NCBI GenBank assembly: GCA_003971905.1
Contig: RSEE01000119.1
Coordinates: forward strand, 62,001 to 126,000
Reading direction: 5' to 3'
DNA length: 64,000 nucleotides
Source of the DNA: Moniliella sp. 'wahieum'
Lineage: Eukaryota
Shown here: positions 39,872 through 52,800 of the stretch, one piece after another
How the letters are laid out: every line of letters starts with the position of its first letter
Position numbering within the stretch: the first letter of the stretch is position 1
Notes under the pieces: generated by a model
Databases searched by the model: none
Seen by the model: only the letters and a program-made list of their open reading frames with translations
What the model was told of the DNA's origin: nothing
Program-made: the position numbers and the translations under genes

Positions 39872-40749
39872 CGTTTAACCTTTCCAATTGGCACCCTTTT
39901 GTACACACGATTAGTTCTAGTATCTCGCGCGTCTCCTCTCATGCAGACAAGCATATCCCTATTGCCTTTTTGTAACTAGGGACTACACTGACATATCGCT
40001 GGTTATCATGGTATTGTTCAGGAGGGAAAAAGTGCTGAAGAACAGCAACAGCAAGACGTCACTACTCTCAAGTTGCTGCGCGGATGGAGGGCGTTACCAT
40101 GTTCTCCGCTCTTGCTCCATCCCCACGAATGATTACCATTTCTAAAACATACATTTTTCCAATAGTAGAGTGGGGGTGTGGTAGAATCTGTTCAGTATCG
40201 ATAGGGATGGTGCTCCTATCTACTGCTATTCTCGGGAAGTGACCAAAATTGGGACCAGTACACCCCCCATCATACGACAAGACACGGCAGGGGAGGGGTT
40301 TTGTACACGCGCACATACCATTGCGGGGGAAAAGGGGGGAAAGAGGAGGGGATAAGCGGCCGCGCTAATCATTAATCACAACCACAATCATATATGCAGA
40401 TGAGCGTAGGGTAGAGAGAGAGAGGTGGTGAGCTATTAGTACTTAGTGGCGATCGAGAGAAGAGAAATATGGAGCCCCCGAGAGGTTACAATCAGGGAAG
40501 TGATGGAACATGGTACTGGCCCCCCAGATTCACAGTCTTGCAGTGACTGCTCTCTGCCCATTCCAAGCTACTATAATGGTTGTTGGATGCGCGTGTCTTC
40601 GCCCTCACATAACTTTTTGGCTTCCAGAGCAAGATGTAACATGGAATCCATTGCCCCATGCCAGCCTATAAACGGCCCCCTCGCTGGTCTCACATTGTCG
40701 CATTCCGCATTCCGCATGTCACATGTCACACATGAAAGAGCCTATGGGG

Positions 40750-40786
40750 CCTGAGCGCCTGAGCGCCTGAGCGCCTGAGCGCCTGA
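40750..40786. repeat. (CCTGAGCG)4.6 tandem repeat
   Basis: Perfect octamer array; related copies at about 4363-4388 and 43153-43170. Confidence 0.85.
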
Positions 40787-42273
40787 ACCTCAAGGCTCAG
40801 GGACTCAGGCATTAATAGTGTAGCTTTGGCGCTTGAGATTGTTGCTGTGTGAGCATCTGTCGTTGTTGCACGTGGCAGGAGGGAGGCGCGTGCGGGGCGT
40901 AAATGAAGTGTGATCTTCCCAACGGCACGATAGGTATGGCCTGGTATCTCACACGTTATTGGAACGGGCTGCTCTGCAACAGCCACATTCTTTTGACCAG
41001 GGAAGAGAACCTGCTGAATCTTGAAGTTGTTCGGACGCCGGTTTTACATGCCCCTGTCATATTCTCAGGTGACGCGGTGGCGCGTGATGCACATAATTGA
41101 CATACATATACCAATCGTGCTGGACGAAGGCGAGGGTCCAATCGCCGCGCAGTGGGAGAATTGGATCGGAGAGGGAGTATTGAAGTGTTTGATGGGCCTG
41201 TCACATGTTAGGCCTTAGGCCTTAGGGGCTATACCGGTATGCACGCATGTACTTGTGGTTGCACGTTGAGACGTTGAGGCATCTGACGCGCTGACGCCTG
41301 CGTATCTGATGTCTCCTACCGCTGACGCTGATGGCGCTTAAACTGGTTATAACCAGCTTTACTATTATAGCTTTACTATACTCACTACACTTTTGACTCG
41401 CTGTACTTGCTGTAGCTACGAAGCTTGAAGCTTGAAAGCGCTCATATGCTGGCGCCCAAGTGGAGCGACCCTCTCGCTGTGTTACAGATGCAGGAGGACA
41501 GTATTTGATGAACTAGGCCATGCTTTCAGAAACGCCGATCCATCGATCATGGCATGAGCATGCACATGTCCAGGGATCGATCAGAACCCATCCAGATATG
41601 CAGACCCGTTTCCTGGTCTCCCACGGGCATTCGGCATTCGGCAGGATGTGCATTCGGCATGATGCATGATGTGCATGATGCATAGTGTATGTATACGATG
41701 CATGATACAGAAGCGGTGAACAGTGCCCCCCTGTGAGCAGAGCAGGGGCAGCGCAGGGTAGCGCTTCGTTAGCGCTTATTCGCTCAGCTGAGCGTCAACG
41801 CGCCAACGAGCCGACGCTCTGGCGCGCTGACGCCCCGCCACAGGCTTGCGCACAGACAGCGGCACTGGAGCGCACAGATGACATTTATCCGGGGTATGCG
41901 CACAGCACGGGGCGGCAGGGATTTCCGCCTGGGCACTGCGGCAGAGCTCGTTCGTGAGGCTTTTATGCACACCTGCGCGCGCACAAGCTGTGGCGGCGCG
42001 TCCGCGTGTCTCTCCCCGCCACTCTCCGACTTGGCCAGAGATCTGAGTCAGTACTACTCAGTAACCAGGCCTCATTCGCTCCTCGCGGATCAGATCGATC
42101 ATCGGCCACTAGGCCACTACCCGCGTCGTGCAGGTTGGGCGTGGCTGTATACGCGCCATTATCCTTACCTCTTTTTCTATAAAGGCGATCCCATCCGCCC
42201 AGGGGTACGGGACACTCTGGCTTCTTCATCATCGACACCACCGCCCTTCTCACGTCCTCACTTTCTTTTAGCC

Positions 42274-43041
42274 ATGTCTTCGCCCTTCAACGCAACTACT
42301 CCTGGGGCATCCGAACCCGTTTCTGCCGCACCGCGTCTTGCGTCCTCTCCCTCGCGTCGTACGCACGGAAGCAAGAAGAACCAAACCAACAAGTACGTCC
42401 GCGCGCATCTCTCTCGTGAGGTCATTCATCAGTGCTCGTTGCTTCTGGCGAAGCTAAGGATTGCGTGTGCAAGCGTGGACTCTTACCATTCCTCTGGCCA
42501 TTCTCCTATACGGTTGTCTTCCAGAATCCTCTTGGGTCTAATTGGTATCATCTTCTTTCTAGCCATGGCCGCACAGGCGCAGCCCCAGGTTCAGGTATGC
42601 CATGTTTGAATCCCTAATCGAACGCAAGGCCCCTCTTTTACTGACGGATCCATTCTTCCATTCAATTGTCCCCCAAAGCCTCCCATCCTTCAGGGCCATC
42701 GCTCAATGCCGCATTGGACCAACCGCTTCCTGACTCTCTCAGTGCTCTTCCCCACTACGCCGATCCTGAGGTAACCCCCTTGGGGTGCTAAACGGAGCCG
42801 CGGGAGCAGCATCCCCAGCGACAGTATTGCACAGGAGCTCAAGCAGCTCGGATCATCGATCAAGGACAAGATCGATTCAAAGATCAGCCAATACGTCTAC
42901 GATGCTGAAGCGGACGAAATTGCTGTGGCGGATCTGCTGAGCTTCATCGGTGGGCAGCATGCCCATTCGCCGGGCGGAGCCTACCCATTTGCCCTCTCAA
43001 CCTCGCCTTCCCGCCGGCCGCTCTACCCGCCACACCAATAA
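42274..43041 (+). CDS. Hypothetical small membrane-anchored or secreted protein
   Basis: TATAAA at 42178, GCCATG start, candidate introns 42393-42458 and 42595-42678 (GTATGC...CTGAC...AAG), hydrophobic ILLGLIGIIFFLAMAA, helical segment SIAQELKQLGSSIKDKIDSKISQYVY. Exon frames are uncertain. Confidence 0.5.
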
Positions 43042-43801
43042 GAACCGTCGCGGAGTTGCGGCTGAGGCTGTTGCCGACCAGCGTTCGTGATATGGATTTG
43101 CCATGTCCCGATCAATGATTTTTTGCGATCTTGAGAGCTTATTGAGGGCTCAGCCTGAGCGCTGAGCCTGGGAGGACTCAGGGCCGGTGACGCCTGTTTG
43201 ACGCAATAATTTATACGTTGGGAAGGTGTGTTGCGTGTATATGACAGACACATGAGAGGCAGCAAGACACATGACGTCGTTTTTAGGCTGACTGGTGGTC
43301 AGTTATTCTCTCATGGATCTCATGTCAGTACTTTCGCCAGTGATGGATGATGCAACTGATGGCCATCCAACCATCGTAGGGTCGTAAAAGAGAGGACCGA
43401 TGCATATCGTCAACAGTCTAAGTATAGTTGTGTGGTGGAACGAGATGCGTAATGCCATTGATCGCTGGGAGAGATCTCCAGAGACAGGCGGAGCGGGATG
43501 AGCTCTCATCGTCAACATGATGATAGACCTCCAAGGCTTTTGGAGACGGCGGTGGCCACAAGTCCACCCCCCAACCAAAATGGTCCCGAAGCAGATGAAA
43601 TGGGCGCGAGAGACAGAGCAAACTGAAGTGGTGGTCATGCAATGCGGGATGCGATGTACAAAAAGAGGTAGGGTAAACGGGAGGATGGGACGATGGGTAC
43701 GTGGGGGGATGGGGGGATGGGGGGGTGGGAGCAAAGGAATCAATGCACAATTTGTTAGGGGGGTTGGCCCAAAGAGGGAAAAGGATCAAATGTATGTATG
43801 C

Positions 43802-46800
43802 TCATTGGCTGGTGGAGAGAGGGTCTTCCACGAGACGGGGTGGATTGGTGACAACCGTGGTCACATCGCCACTATCCGAAGAACGCTCGTCCTCCTGAAT
43901 CGTCCGGTCAGGGGAACTGCTCGGGTCGCCAGCACGAATGCCGAGACGGCGAATGAGCTCTACCACATCAGCCGTCTCGAGGGGCTTGGTGATGATTGCG
44001 TTAAAGACACTGTTGGAAAGCTCGAGCACCCCCACACGAGACTCACCCGACAAGACTGCCTCTCGATCGATCCCCTCGGGGAAGTAAGGCTCGGCTTGCT
44101 CAACACTGGCCAAGGCAACCATGGGAACGTCAGAGTTGATGTTGCGGGTCGACTTGATCATCCGTGCCGCGTCTTGACCATCCACCACCGGCAGCGTCAG
44201 GTCGACAAAGATCATGACGAACGCCAAATTGCCCATGGCAGCCGTAATGACCGCGCTGCCATCTTTCACGCACACACACTCGCACCCAAATTTGTTAAGC
44301 ACACTCTCCAGCATAGACTGGGCAATGGGGTTGTCTTCACCAATCAAACAGCGTACCGTCGATGGACTCGACCGACCCGATGAGGATGAACTTTCCCCTT
44401 CATCAGAGATGGATCGTGAACGTGACGGGGAGTGGTCGTCACCTTCGGATCGCATCTCCTCCATCGCTTCGTCGTCCCCCGCCACCTCACCACCAACGTG
44501 CTCACGTGCCCCAGGGTCGCGGAGGCTCCCTTCAGACGGTTGGCGTACCGGTTCGGGGTCCCGATTGCTGGATGGCGAATGAAGCTCGTCGCTATTGGAC
44601 CGTCGAGGATCATGGAGAGTAGACAGGCCCGGACGCTCCGACGTGTTGCTGCTGATGGACATGTGCCGCATGTGATTGCCGAGAGCGGCAAAGGGAGACT
44701 GCAAACTAGGGGCCTGCTGTGGTTGAACCCCCAATTGAGATGGGTGCCAATAGGGGTGACTCGGCAAACCTCCTAGCCGAATAGCTGGATGGCCCGCCAT
44801 TCCACTGCTCGGAGAGCCACTTGAGGCAGACAATGCGCTGGGCTGGTACCCCTCGACACGACGATGAGCAGAGTGCGCCGCCACGGCCGGCGAGGTGGGG
44901 GCGGTAGAACGCGATGGATTTGACCCTTGGGATGAGACTGAGCCTGAAGGTGACGCAGGCCCTGCAAAACTCAGTCGGCCCGCATGACTGGGGGGAGCTC
45001 GAGACGAAAGGCTGCGGTTGCGCTGCACAAAGCTGTTGGAAGGGACCATGGGTGGGTGGAGCGGGGCCTGTTGGCCTTGCAGGTGAGCTACGGGCGGCTG
45101 GACAGGGGTGACTTGAGCTGAAGCGGCGTGCTTGGTGGGAGAGGGAGGCATATTGAATGTCTCGGCGATGGGACTGGCGGGAAGATTGGGTAGCACCGCT
45201 TGCGAATCCACCCGCATCTTGCGTACAACTTCATCGTTGGCCTGCTTGAGCACGGGCAAGTTCTTGAAACGGAACGAGCCGAACTGGTCAACGCTCGTGT
45301 CGTGCTCCCCATCTTGACGAATGCGACTGCGTTGGTTGCGATCGTCAATTGCTTTGCTAAAGTCGTCGCGGGCCTTGTCCGTTTCAAAGTCGGGTTTCTG
45401 GGCCCCACGGAGGTCAAAGTAGTCAGTCGATTCTGGATTGTCAACTTGAGGGACAAAGGGACCCTCTTTGGCGGTTAGATTGGCCCAGTCGATGCCATTG
45501 AAGAACGGATGGGCTTTGACCTCAGCTGCCCCATTGGCACCCAAACGCTTTGTGGGTCCGACGTGAGTAGTTTCTCGATCAGGTCCTTGGCCTCAGGCGT
45601 CACACCAAGTTCCTCTTCTTCTTCTTCGGGCATCCACTGCAAGCGGCGACTAAGAATGTTATCAAACACCCGGTCCACTTGTGGTGCATGGAACGGGGGG
45701 ATGCCGTAAAGGAACTCGTAAAGCATCACACCCAGCGCCCACCAATCAACGGCCATATCGTCCATCCCGAACCCAAGAATGCTCTCAGGCGCGAGGTAGT
45801 CTGGGGTACCAACAAAGTGTTTGGCCGTGTTAGGGGTGCCGTCCGAGTCCTTGCCCACCACTTGGAGACGTCGAAGAGGGTGCTGAGGACTCTCCATCGG
45901 ACGGGAACGAGACCGAGTCGATTGCAAGAGACCACCATCGGACGAGTTGGTGTCACTGCCTGCATCAACGCCTTGACGCAATTGGCTTGGACTGTGAACA
46001 GCAAGCTGGGAGAAGCCAGACCCTTTGCCTTGGTCCGGCGAGCTGGATACGCTGTCACTAGCGCTGATGGGCCACGACTCTTTGCGCAAGCCGCTCCCCA
46101 TTACCGTGACACTGCGCTGATCCTGCTGACGGCCAAGCAGACCAATCTTAGAAAGACCAAAATCGGTCAACTTCAGATGGCCTTTCATGTCGATCAAGAC
46201 ATTGTCAGGTTTGAGGTCACTGCAAGAAAAGGGTGTCAGCTGTGCACACGCGTGAACATGGAATGACGTACCGATGAACGATACCACGTTGGTGCAATGA
46301 ATCGATCCCGTTAACAATCTCCGCCACGTATTGCGTCGTCCATTCGATTCCGAGAGGACCGAGGGTCTTGACGAGGGATGCCAAGTCTCCACCAGGAAGA
46401 TACTCCATAACCAAATAGAGGTTGTCCGAGTCGTTGAAGGTGAAGAAAAGTTTGACAACAAATGGCGACTGCGTCTGGGTCATGAGAATCTGTCGCTCAG
46501 CCTTGACGTTGGGCACTTGGTTCTTGGCAATCATGTCCGACTTTTTGAGCACCTTCATGGCAAAGTAATCGCCCGTCGTACGCTTTTGGACCAAGTAAAC
46601 CGCGCCGAACGCACCCTTGCTGATTGGCTTGATCAACTTGAAGTCTTTGATCGTCGTTGACGTTGGACGAGAAGCAGGCGCAATGGATGGCAGGCGTGGC
46701 GACATGGGAATTGAACTGGCCACGAAGGAAGGGCGACCAAAGTTCCCACTCGAGTGCGACATGCTGAGCGTCCGAGGTCCCAGCCATCCCTGCCCATCCG

Positions 46801-49800
46801 GAGCCAACGACTGGGGCGAGAAGGAAGCCGAGAAGGCATCCCCACGACTCGGACTATGGTCCATGGCAAAAGAGCCGCGGGTGCCCAGGGCATGAGCGGG
46901 GCTGAGGTAGGCATGGTGGGAGGTACCTGACTCGGTTGATTCGGGGCGAGACGAGTTGTTGTGCGAGTTGGACGGGATGGGGATAGCTGCCAAATTACTG
47001 ATTGACTCGCTCATCATGCCTTCCTCCATTGGCGGAACCTCCTGATCGGCGGCGTGAGGCGTGGTACTGGGGACTGCCGAAGCGGGCGAAGCTGTGTCGA
47101 TGCCTTCGTTGGTGTCAGCACGATCCTCAAGCAACAACCCGCCTGTCCGGCTGAGGATATCGTCCATGTTGCCCATTGAGCCGCGGCCGACGGTGCTGAA
47201 TGAATCCCGGGACGCCTGTTCCGGGGCCGGAGCGAAAGGAGCTGGTGCCGCTTTCGGGGCTGGCGAGTCATCCTCTTCCCCTCCCGCATTGGTAGCAACA
47301 TCCGTCATCGTCTCGAGCAGACTTTCTGCACGGCCTTCCCATTCCTTTCGGACGGTTTCACAGTAGACAATGGTGTTGATCATTCGGTTTACCCCGTTGA
47401 GCTTGGCCCGAATGGCCGCTTCGCTATCGATCATGAGCGCGTCCAAGGCAATGTCATCCACCTGTGGCTTCACCCACGTCGAGACTTCAAATGCCTTTTC
47501 CTCCGGCCGGCAGAGAAGTTGCTGTTCTTCAATGGGCATGTCCTCCTGCTCATCCTTAACTGCCGGCGTGGAGATCGCTGCGGCGGTAATTAGGGCATGC
47601 AACGTGCCGTCCAACGCACGAGCGTGAGCCTTGCGGACCAGAGCGGGCTGGGTCTGGCGCAAAGATAAGGACCGATTCAATCCCTCCAGCGCCGATGGCG
47701 GCTGTAGGGAAGGGGGCGGCGTGTTAACCTTGACACCATGGTACTCTGGCAGCTCATGACCCTCCGATGGGTTGTCAATGGCCGTGATGATGCTCTGCGT
47801 GTTGCGCCGCAGCTCCTGAAGCAGCTCGTTGCGTTCCCCAATTTCCATCTCAAGACGGTGAATCTCGTTGCAGATTTCGCTGTGCTTCTCAAAGAAAAAC
47901 GCAGGCACAAAGCGTTCGCAGATGCGGCACATGATGGGAGACATGTGGAGCGTAGCGATAAGATGCTGATCGATGGGCACGCCACCCGCCTGGGGACGCA
48001 TAACCAACGCCTCTTCAGGCTCTGGCGGGGACGTAGGCTTGAAGACCCACATCGTATGCGTCTTTTCACCGGTGGCACGGTCGTGCATGAGCATACCCTT
48101 GCCCTCCATGCGCTGGAAGAGCGCCACCTCTTGCACGACATTGCCCTCCTCGTCCAACACAGGGGCCACCTGGGGAAGACGAAGACGGAACATAATCTCG
48201 ATCGTGTGAGCTGGATGCGCGAGCAACTCTTTGGTCGCAGTACGGAACACATCCTCATCTGCCTCAGCCAGGAGGGGCGAGACGGAAGTTTGAACGTGTT
48301 GAGCGGCATCCGTACCGACAATACTGCTCCAAGCCGGATTAAGATACAGGATCTCATCTCCATCCAAACCAAGCTCCATCAAGACGTTGGCGTCAATGGG
48401 CGCCTTGGCCTCCTTGGTCTCCTTGGCATCTTTGCCTTGGCCGGCCGTACGGCTTTCGCCACTAGCCACGCGGTACGATTTGCTCGATCCGCGCGTGCGA
48501 CGTTGCGCTCGATTTTTGCCTGGTTCAGCGGGAGGAGCCAGTGGCGAACCTTCCTCGCCCCGGCTGCTGGTCGACCCATGATGGCGCGCACCTTTTTGGA
48601 GTTCTTGTGACCGTTGCCCTCGTACGCCAGGGGTGGACTTGGCGTCGCCGGAATCGACGCCAGAGCCGCTCTTGGAGCTGTCGCGCTGGTCTTTACGCGG
48701 ACGGAGGAAAAAGCGAACGGGTGAGCATCCTTGTCCTGATCCGGATCTTCATCTTCCAGCCCCATTCCCTGCCAATCCGCCTTCTCGGCCGCCCACCACT
48801 CGGTCACCCGGCTGAGGGAGGCAATGTGCAACAAAATGTCCACATACCACCTGCGCCCAGGCCAATCCGGGTGCACATCCCATGTCTGTCCCAGCGTTTG
48901 CAGCTTGGAAATAATCTCGGAGCACATCCCCGCTCGCTGGGTCAAGGTCGTGAGCGAGCGTATCGATCATCTCGACAGCCAAGACGACGAGTTGTTGCAA
49001 CACGGGCACATAGGGCAAATCGGCCGATGGCTCTTCCGACCGCACTCTCCGCGCTGGGGAGAGGTGCGGCGAGGGGCCATAGGCTGCGCTGGCGAGCCGG
49101 GTAGGGGAGTGGGAACGGGATGTGGATCGCGATGTGGTGCTCGACACGCCGCCCGAGCCAGGGAACTGCGGTCGGGCCCAAGGTAGACGCGGGCGGTACA
49201 CTGCCCTTGCCGGCAGCCGAGAGGGCGTCAGATCACCCGGGGTCCCGCCACTGTGGCTACTGGGGTTCGACGATAAGTTGCTGATGGGCCCCTGCTCCGA
49301 GGGGACCAACGTGCCGGATCGATTGGGCGGGAGGGGGCGTGGACAAGGTGGTTTGGGTCCTTCTGCAACACTCGTTCCCTTCGTCTCAATGTCAGACGGT
49401 GAAGCAATATCCACAGGAAGAACACGAGGTTCGGCCTTCTGAGCTTCTGGGGATGTATGAGCTTCTTGGTTCGGCTCAGACACTGAAACAGGAGTGTTAG
49501 TGGCAGGACAACGCAAGACTCCCAAGGGAAGCAACGTACCAGACCGGGCAGCGGATCGGGGCCGGATCAACGGAGCGGGGGATGTGGAGGTTAGAGGGAG
49601 TGCCCTGGAAGGGGTGGATTCCACAGTCAACGTGGGCTCGGAAGGAAGCTCGAGGTTCGCGAGCTGCAGCTCGGAATGTGCAGCAGGAGGAGAGGGTTGG
49701 AGGGGAAGTTGGACGGGTTCAGATGCTAAGGCAAGCACAAATGGGTCAGCAGGGTGTCCAGCGCGTTCCAAACGGAAGAATGGGACGTACCATGGGCGGT

Positions 49801-52800
49801 CTCATCTGGATCGGCTTGCGGTTCTCCTTCTGTGATTCCCCGCTCGGCATCTTCGTTCGTCTGCACATCAGCCTGAAACATGGCCTCTGTCCCAGGCGGA
49901 GCAAAGAGGGCAGAGTTGGGGGGGACACGCATCACTTCATCTTCGTCCGGAGAAGAAAATTCAGACACGCGGTCATCTGCGTCACCCTCATCCTCGTCGT
50001 CCGCCTCCGGAGGGGGCGGGTGGAGTCGTTCCTCCACAAACGCATTTACATCGGCCACCACACGGCGCAAGCCTGCATCGCAAGCCCGCTTGGAGGACTG
50101 CAAGCGATGACGGATCGTCTGCCACATAACAGTGATGGTAAAGTCGTCCCCATCTTGCCCCGCGGGATCGGGCGCAGAACCGGAAAGTACGCGCTGGGAC
50201 GCTGCTCCACGGACCCGGGAGAGGCAGGGGTCGAACCCGACAAGGTCGGGCTGGGACGGGGGTTAAAGCCAAGCTTCCGCACCACAGGGGAAGTCGAGGG
50301 CGACTTGGCCGAGTCCGAACCGGAAGGGCCGCCAGGCGTATCGGAGGGGCTCTGCTTCGAGGCTGGACTGGCCCCATAGACGCGCGAGGCCACCGACCGA
50401 TGAGGAGTAGCAAATGGGTCGGACAAGACAGTGGGATGACGCGACCGTGGCAAAGGAGAGTTGCGCGCCGAAGTCGAAGGCTGCACGGACGCTGGCTTCG
50501 ACCCGTGCGAGGAGGCTTTGTTGTCCACATCCGAGTCCACATCCGAAGGCGCCACGTCCGTCGAGTACGACAGACGACTCGACGCGGTGGTATTCTGGAG
50601 TGGGCGGGGTGAGCCACGAGCCGAGTAGTATGCCACTCCCGTCAGTGGTTTTCCTTCAGCGTCGAGCGCAGGCGATGGGTGGGCTGCACGGTCACTGCTC
50701 GTCGAGGTCCTGCCAGGGGCACCGCCTAGCATGGCAGATGGAGACGAGGCCAGTCCACCCGGTCGAGGTGTCTGCCGGTCCGAGGAAGGGTGAGGACCAT
50801 TAAAGCCGGACTTGACAGCAGACCACCATGCCTCGACTTGGCCCTTGATGCTGCGCGACTTGGCCCCCATATCCGGCGTGACGCGCCCGGTGAGACCATG
50901 GGGAGTGGTCGCCGAAGCAGAGATGGGCGCGGACGGGGGCGGGGCAGAGGAAAGTGCACCTGGCATGGACACGGCCCGTCGCTGTTGTTCGGGTGTGGGC
51001 AGGGAGGGGGCTAAGAACCCCTGTTGGTCGGTCTGCCCAGCGACTTGGAACCCCCCCGGGGGAGGCATGGCGAGAGCTGATGGCCTGCGCGCCCCAAGCC
51101 CAACGCCTTGTGCCCCCGAGGAAGGAACAGGGGGATGGGAATCTTGAATCCCCTCTGTGTATGCCCTGAGGAGGTCCGTTTACGTTGCTGAATTAGCATC
51201 CGGGAGCGCTTGAAGCCCTCGTACTCGTCCATCCAATCCACCCAAGCAATGTCATCCTGTAATGCTGCTGGCGTAGTAGTCCCCGAGGAATGAACGGCCG
51301 CCGAAGGGTTGCCCGTTCCTCCCGCCCCAGTGCCCTGGAAGTGCGATTCGGAAGAGCGCAGGCGCGGCACAGACCTGTTCTGCGGTCGTGTCCCATGCTT
51401 GCTGGATAAGGAGCTGGGCCCCGACGTTGAGAGACTGCGCACCCTATGTGGCTCATGGGGAATCTTCCATTGCCGCACCTTGGACGCACGAGAACGGAGA
51501 ATGACATGGGCAAAACTGTCCGCCTGTTCCGACGGTTGTCTTTCCAGCAACGGGAGCTCCCGCGCATGGACCGACGACTCGATCCAGGGCGACGGGCCGA
51601 TGGCGGTGTGGCGGTCGGCGAGTGCTCCCGTCGTCCGTCCATCGCCGCTGAAGGGCACGGCCAAACTTATCGGTACCAGAGGAGGCAGAAGAAGGGGCTG
51701 GCAGAGCAGGCGGTCGGGCACCTGTACTGGAAGAGCTGCAAGTCGTCGCCAAGGCCGGAGCACGTGGGATTTCCGGCACGGATGCAGATGGATCCTCCAT
51801 CTTCTGCCCAGTACTTGTCAGGGAGGATAGCGAAGCAGCTGGATGGATCGATCGTTGAACAGGTTGGGTGAGTCGGCCCTGGGTGGGCGAGGTGGGAAGG
51901 GAGAAGAGTGGACCCAAAGCTGCGGTCGACTGACGGTGGCGCAAGCGCTTGAATGTACCCGTCGGGCTGGTCCCTCGGCTACTCGATGTCGTAGTTCCGG
52001 TTTCCCGTCCGCGGGGGGGGACGCCCAAAGCAGGTGAGGAACCCATCATTCCCACCGTCGACATAACGGGCGAATGGAACGAGGCGGGGATCGTTGCAGA
52101 CGACCGCGATGAGGGGCGGACATAGGTGCATCTTCCTGCTCCTCCTCCTGCTCCCGCTCTCGCGCCTGCTCCCGCATCGTACCCTGCTGATCTTCCTGCT
52201 CCTCGTCCGACGCCTGAGGCGAGTTGGCTGGGGTGGACAAAAACGCACCGGTATGATCCAACCTCCGTATGGGCGAACCACCACGATGCGAAGGCGAGAT
52301 GAAGAGGGGCGTCAAACTGGCTCGTCGGACCATTTTGGGACTGGTGATGTCCCGGGCGAAATGGAGAGCCCAACGGGCCGAGTCAGCCGATGAGTCAGCG
52401 ACTCAATATGAGACGAAGTGATGCCCCTTTAGCTTGACGAGAGGATGGGTTGGGTGGGTGGGCGAGGCGCGGGGCACAGGTAGCGCCCCGAGGGTTTGCT
52501 CGGCGAGCTAGGTCCGGAGGTCAGCCGAGCAGCCGGGTTGGCCCCTGTGACTCCCAAGGCAATTGCCAAGGTGGTCGATGTTGTGGGGGGACTCGGGGTC
52601 TTTGTACGGGCCACAGTCGAAGCCGCCAACATGGGTGGAGGAGCTGGACTCGGGGTGATGGTTGGTGGGGTGGATGAGGGGGCGGTAAGAGAAGCCTGCG
52701 TGTCCAATACATTGTCCGCTCGACCGATGGCCACGGGCTGTGCTGTCCTGGTTGGGGGCACGCTGCTTGGTGGGCGCAGCACGTTCAAGTTGGCTGGTGG

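Noticed and set aside
41207..41227. Interstitial telomere at TTAGGCCTTAGGCCTTAGGG
   Set aside because: It is too short and is better explained as an AGGCCT-T member of the palindromic heptamer class.
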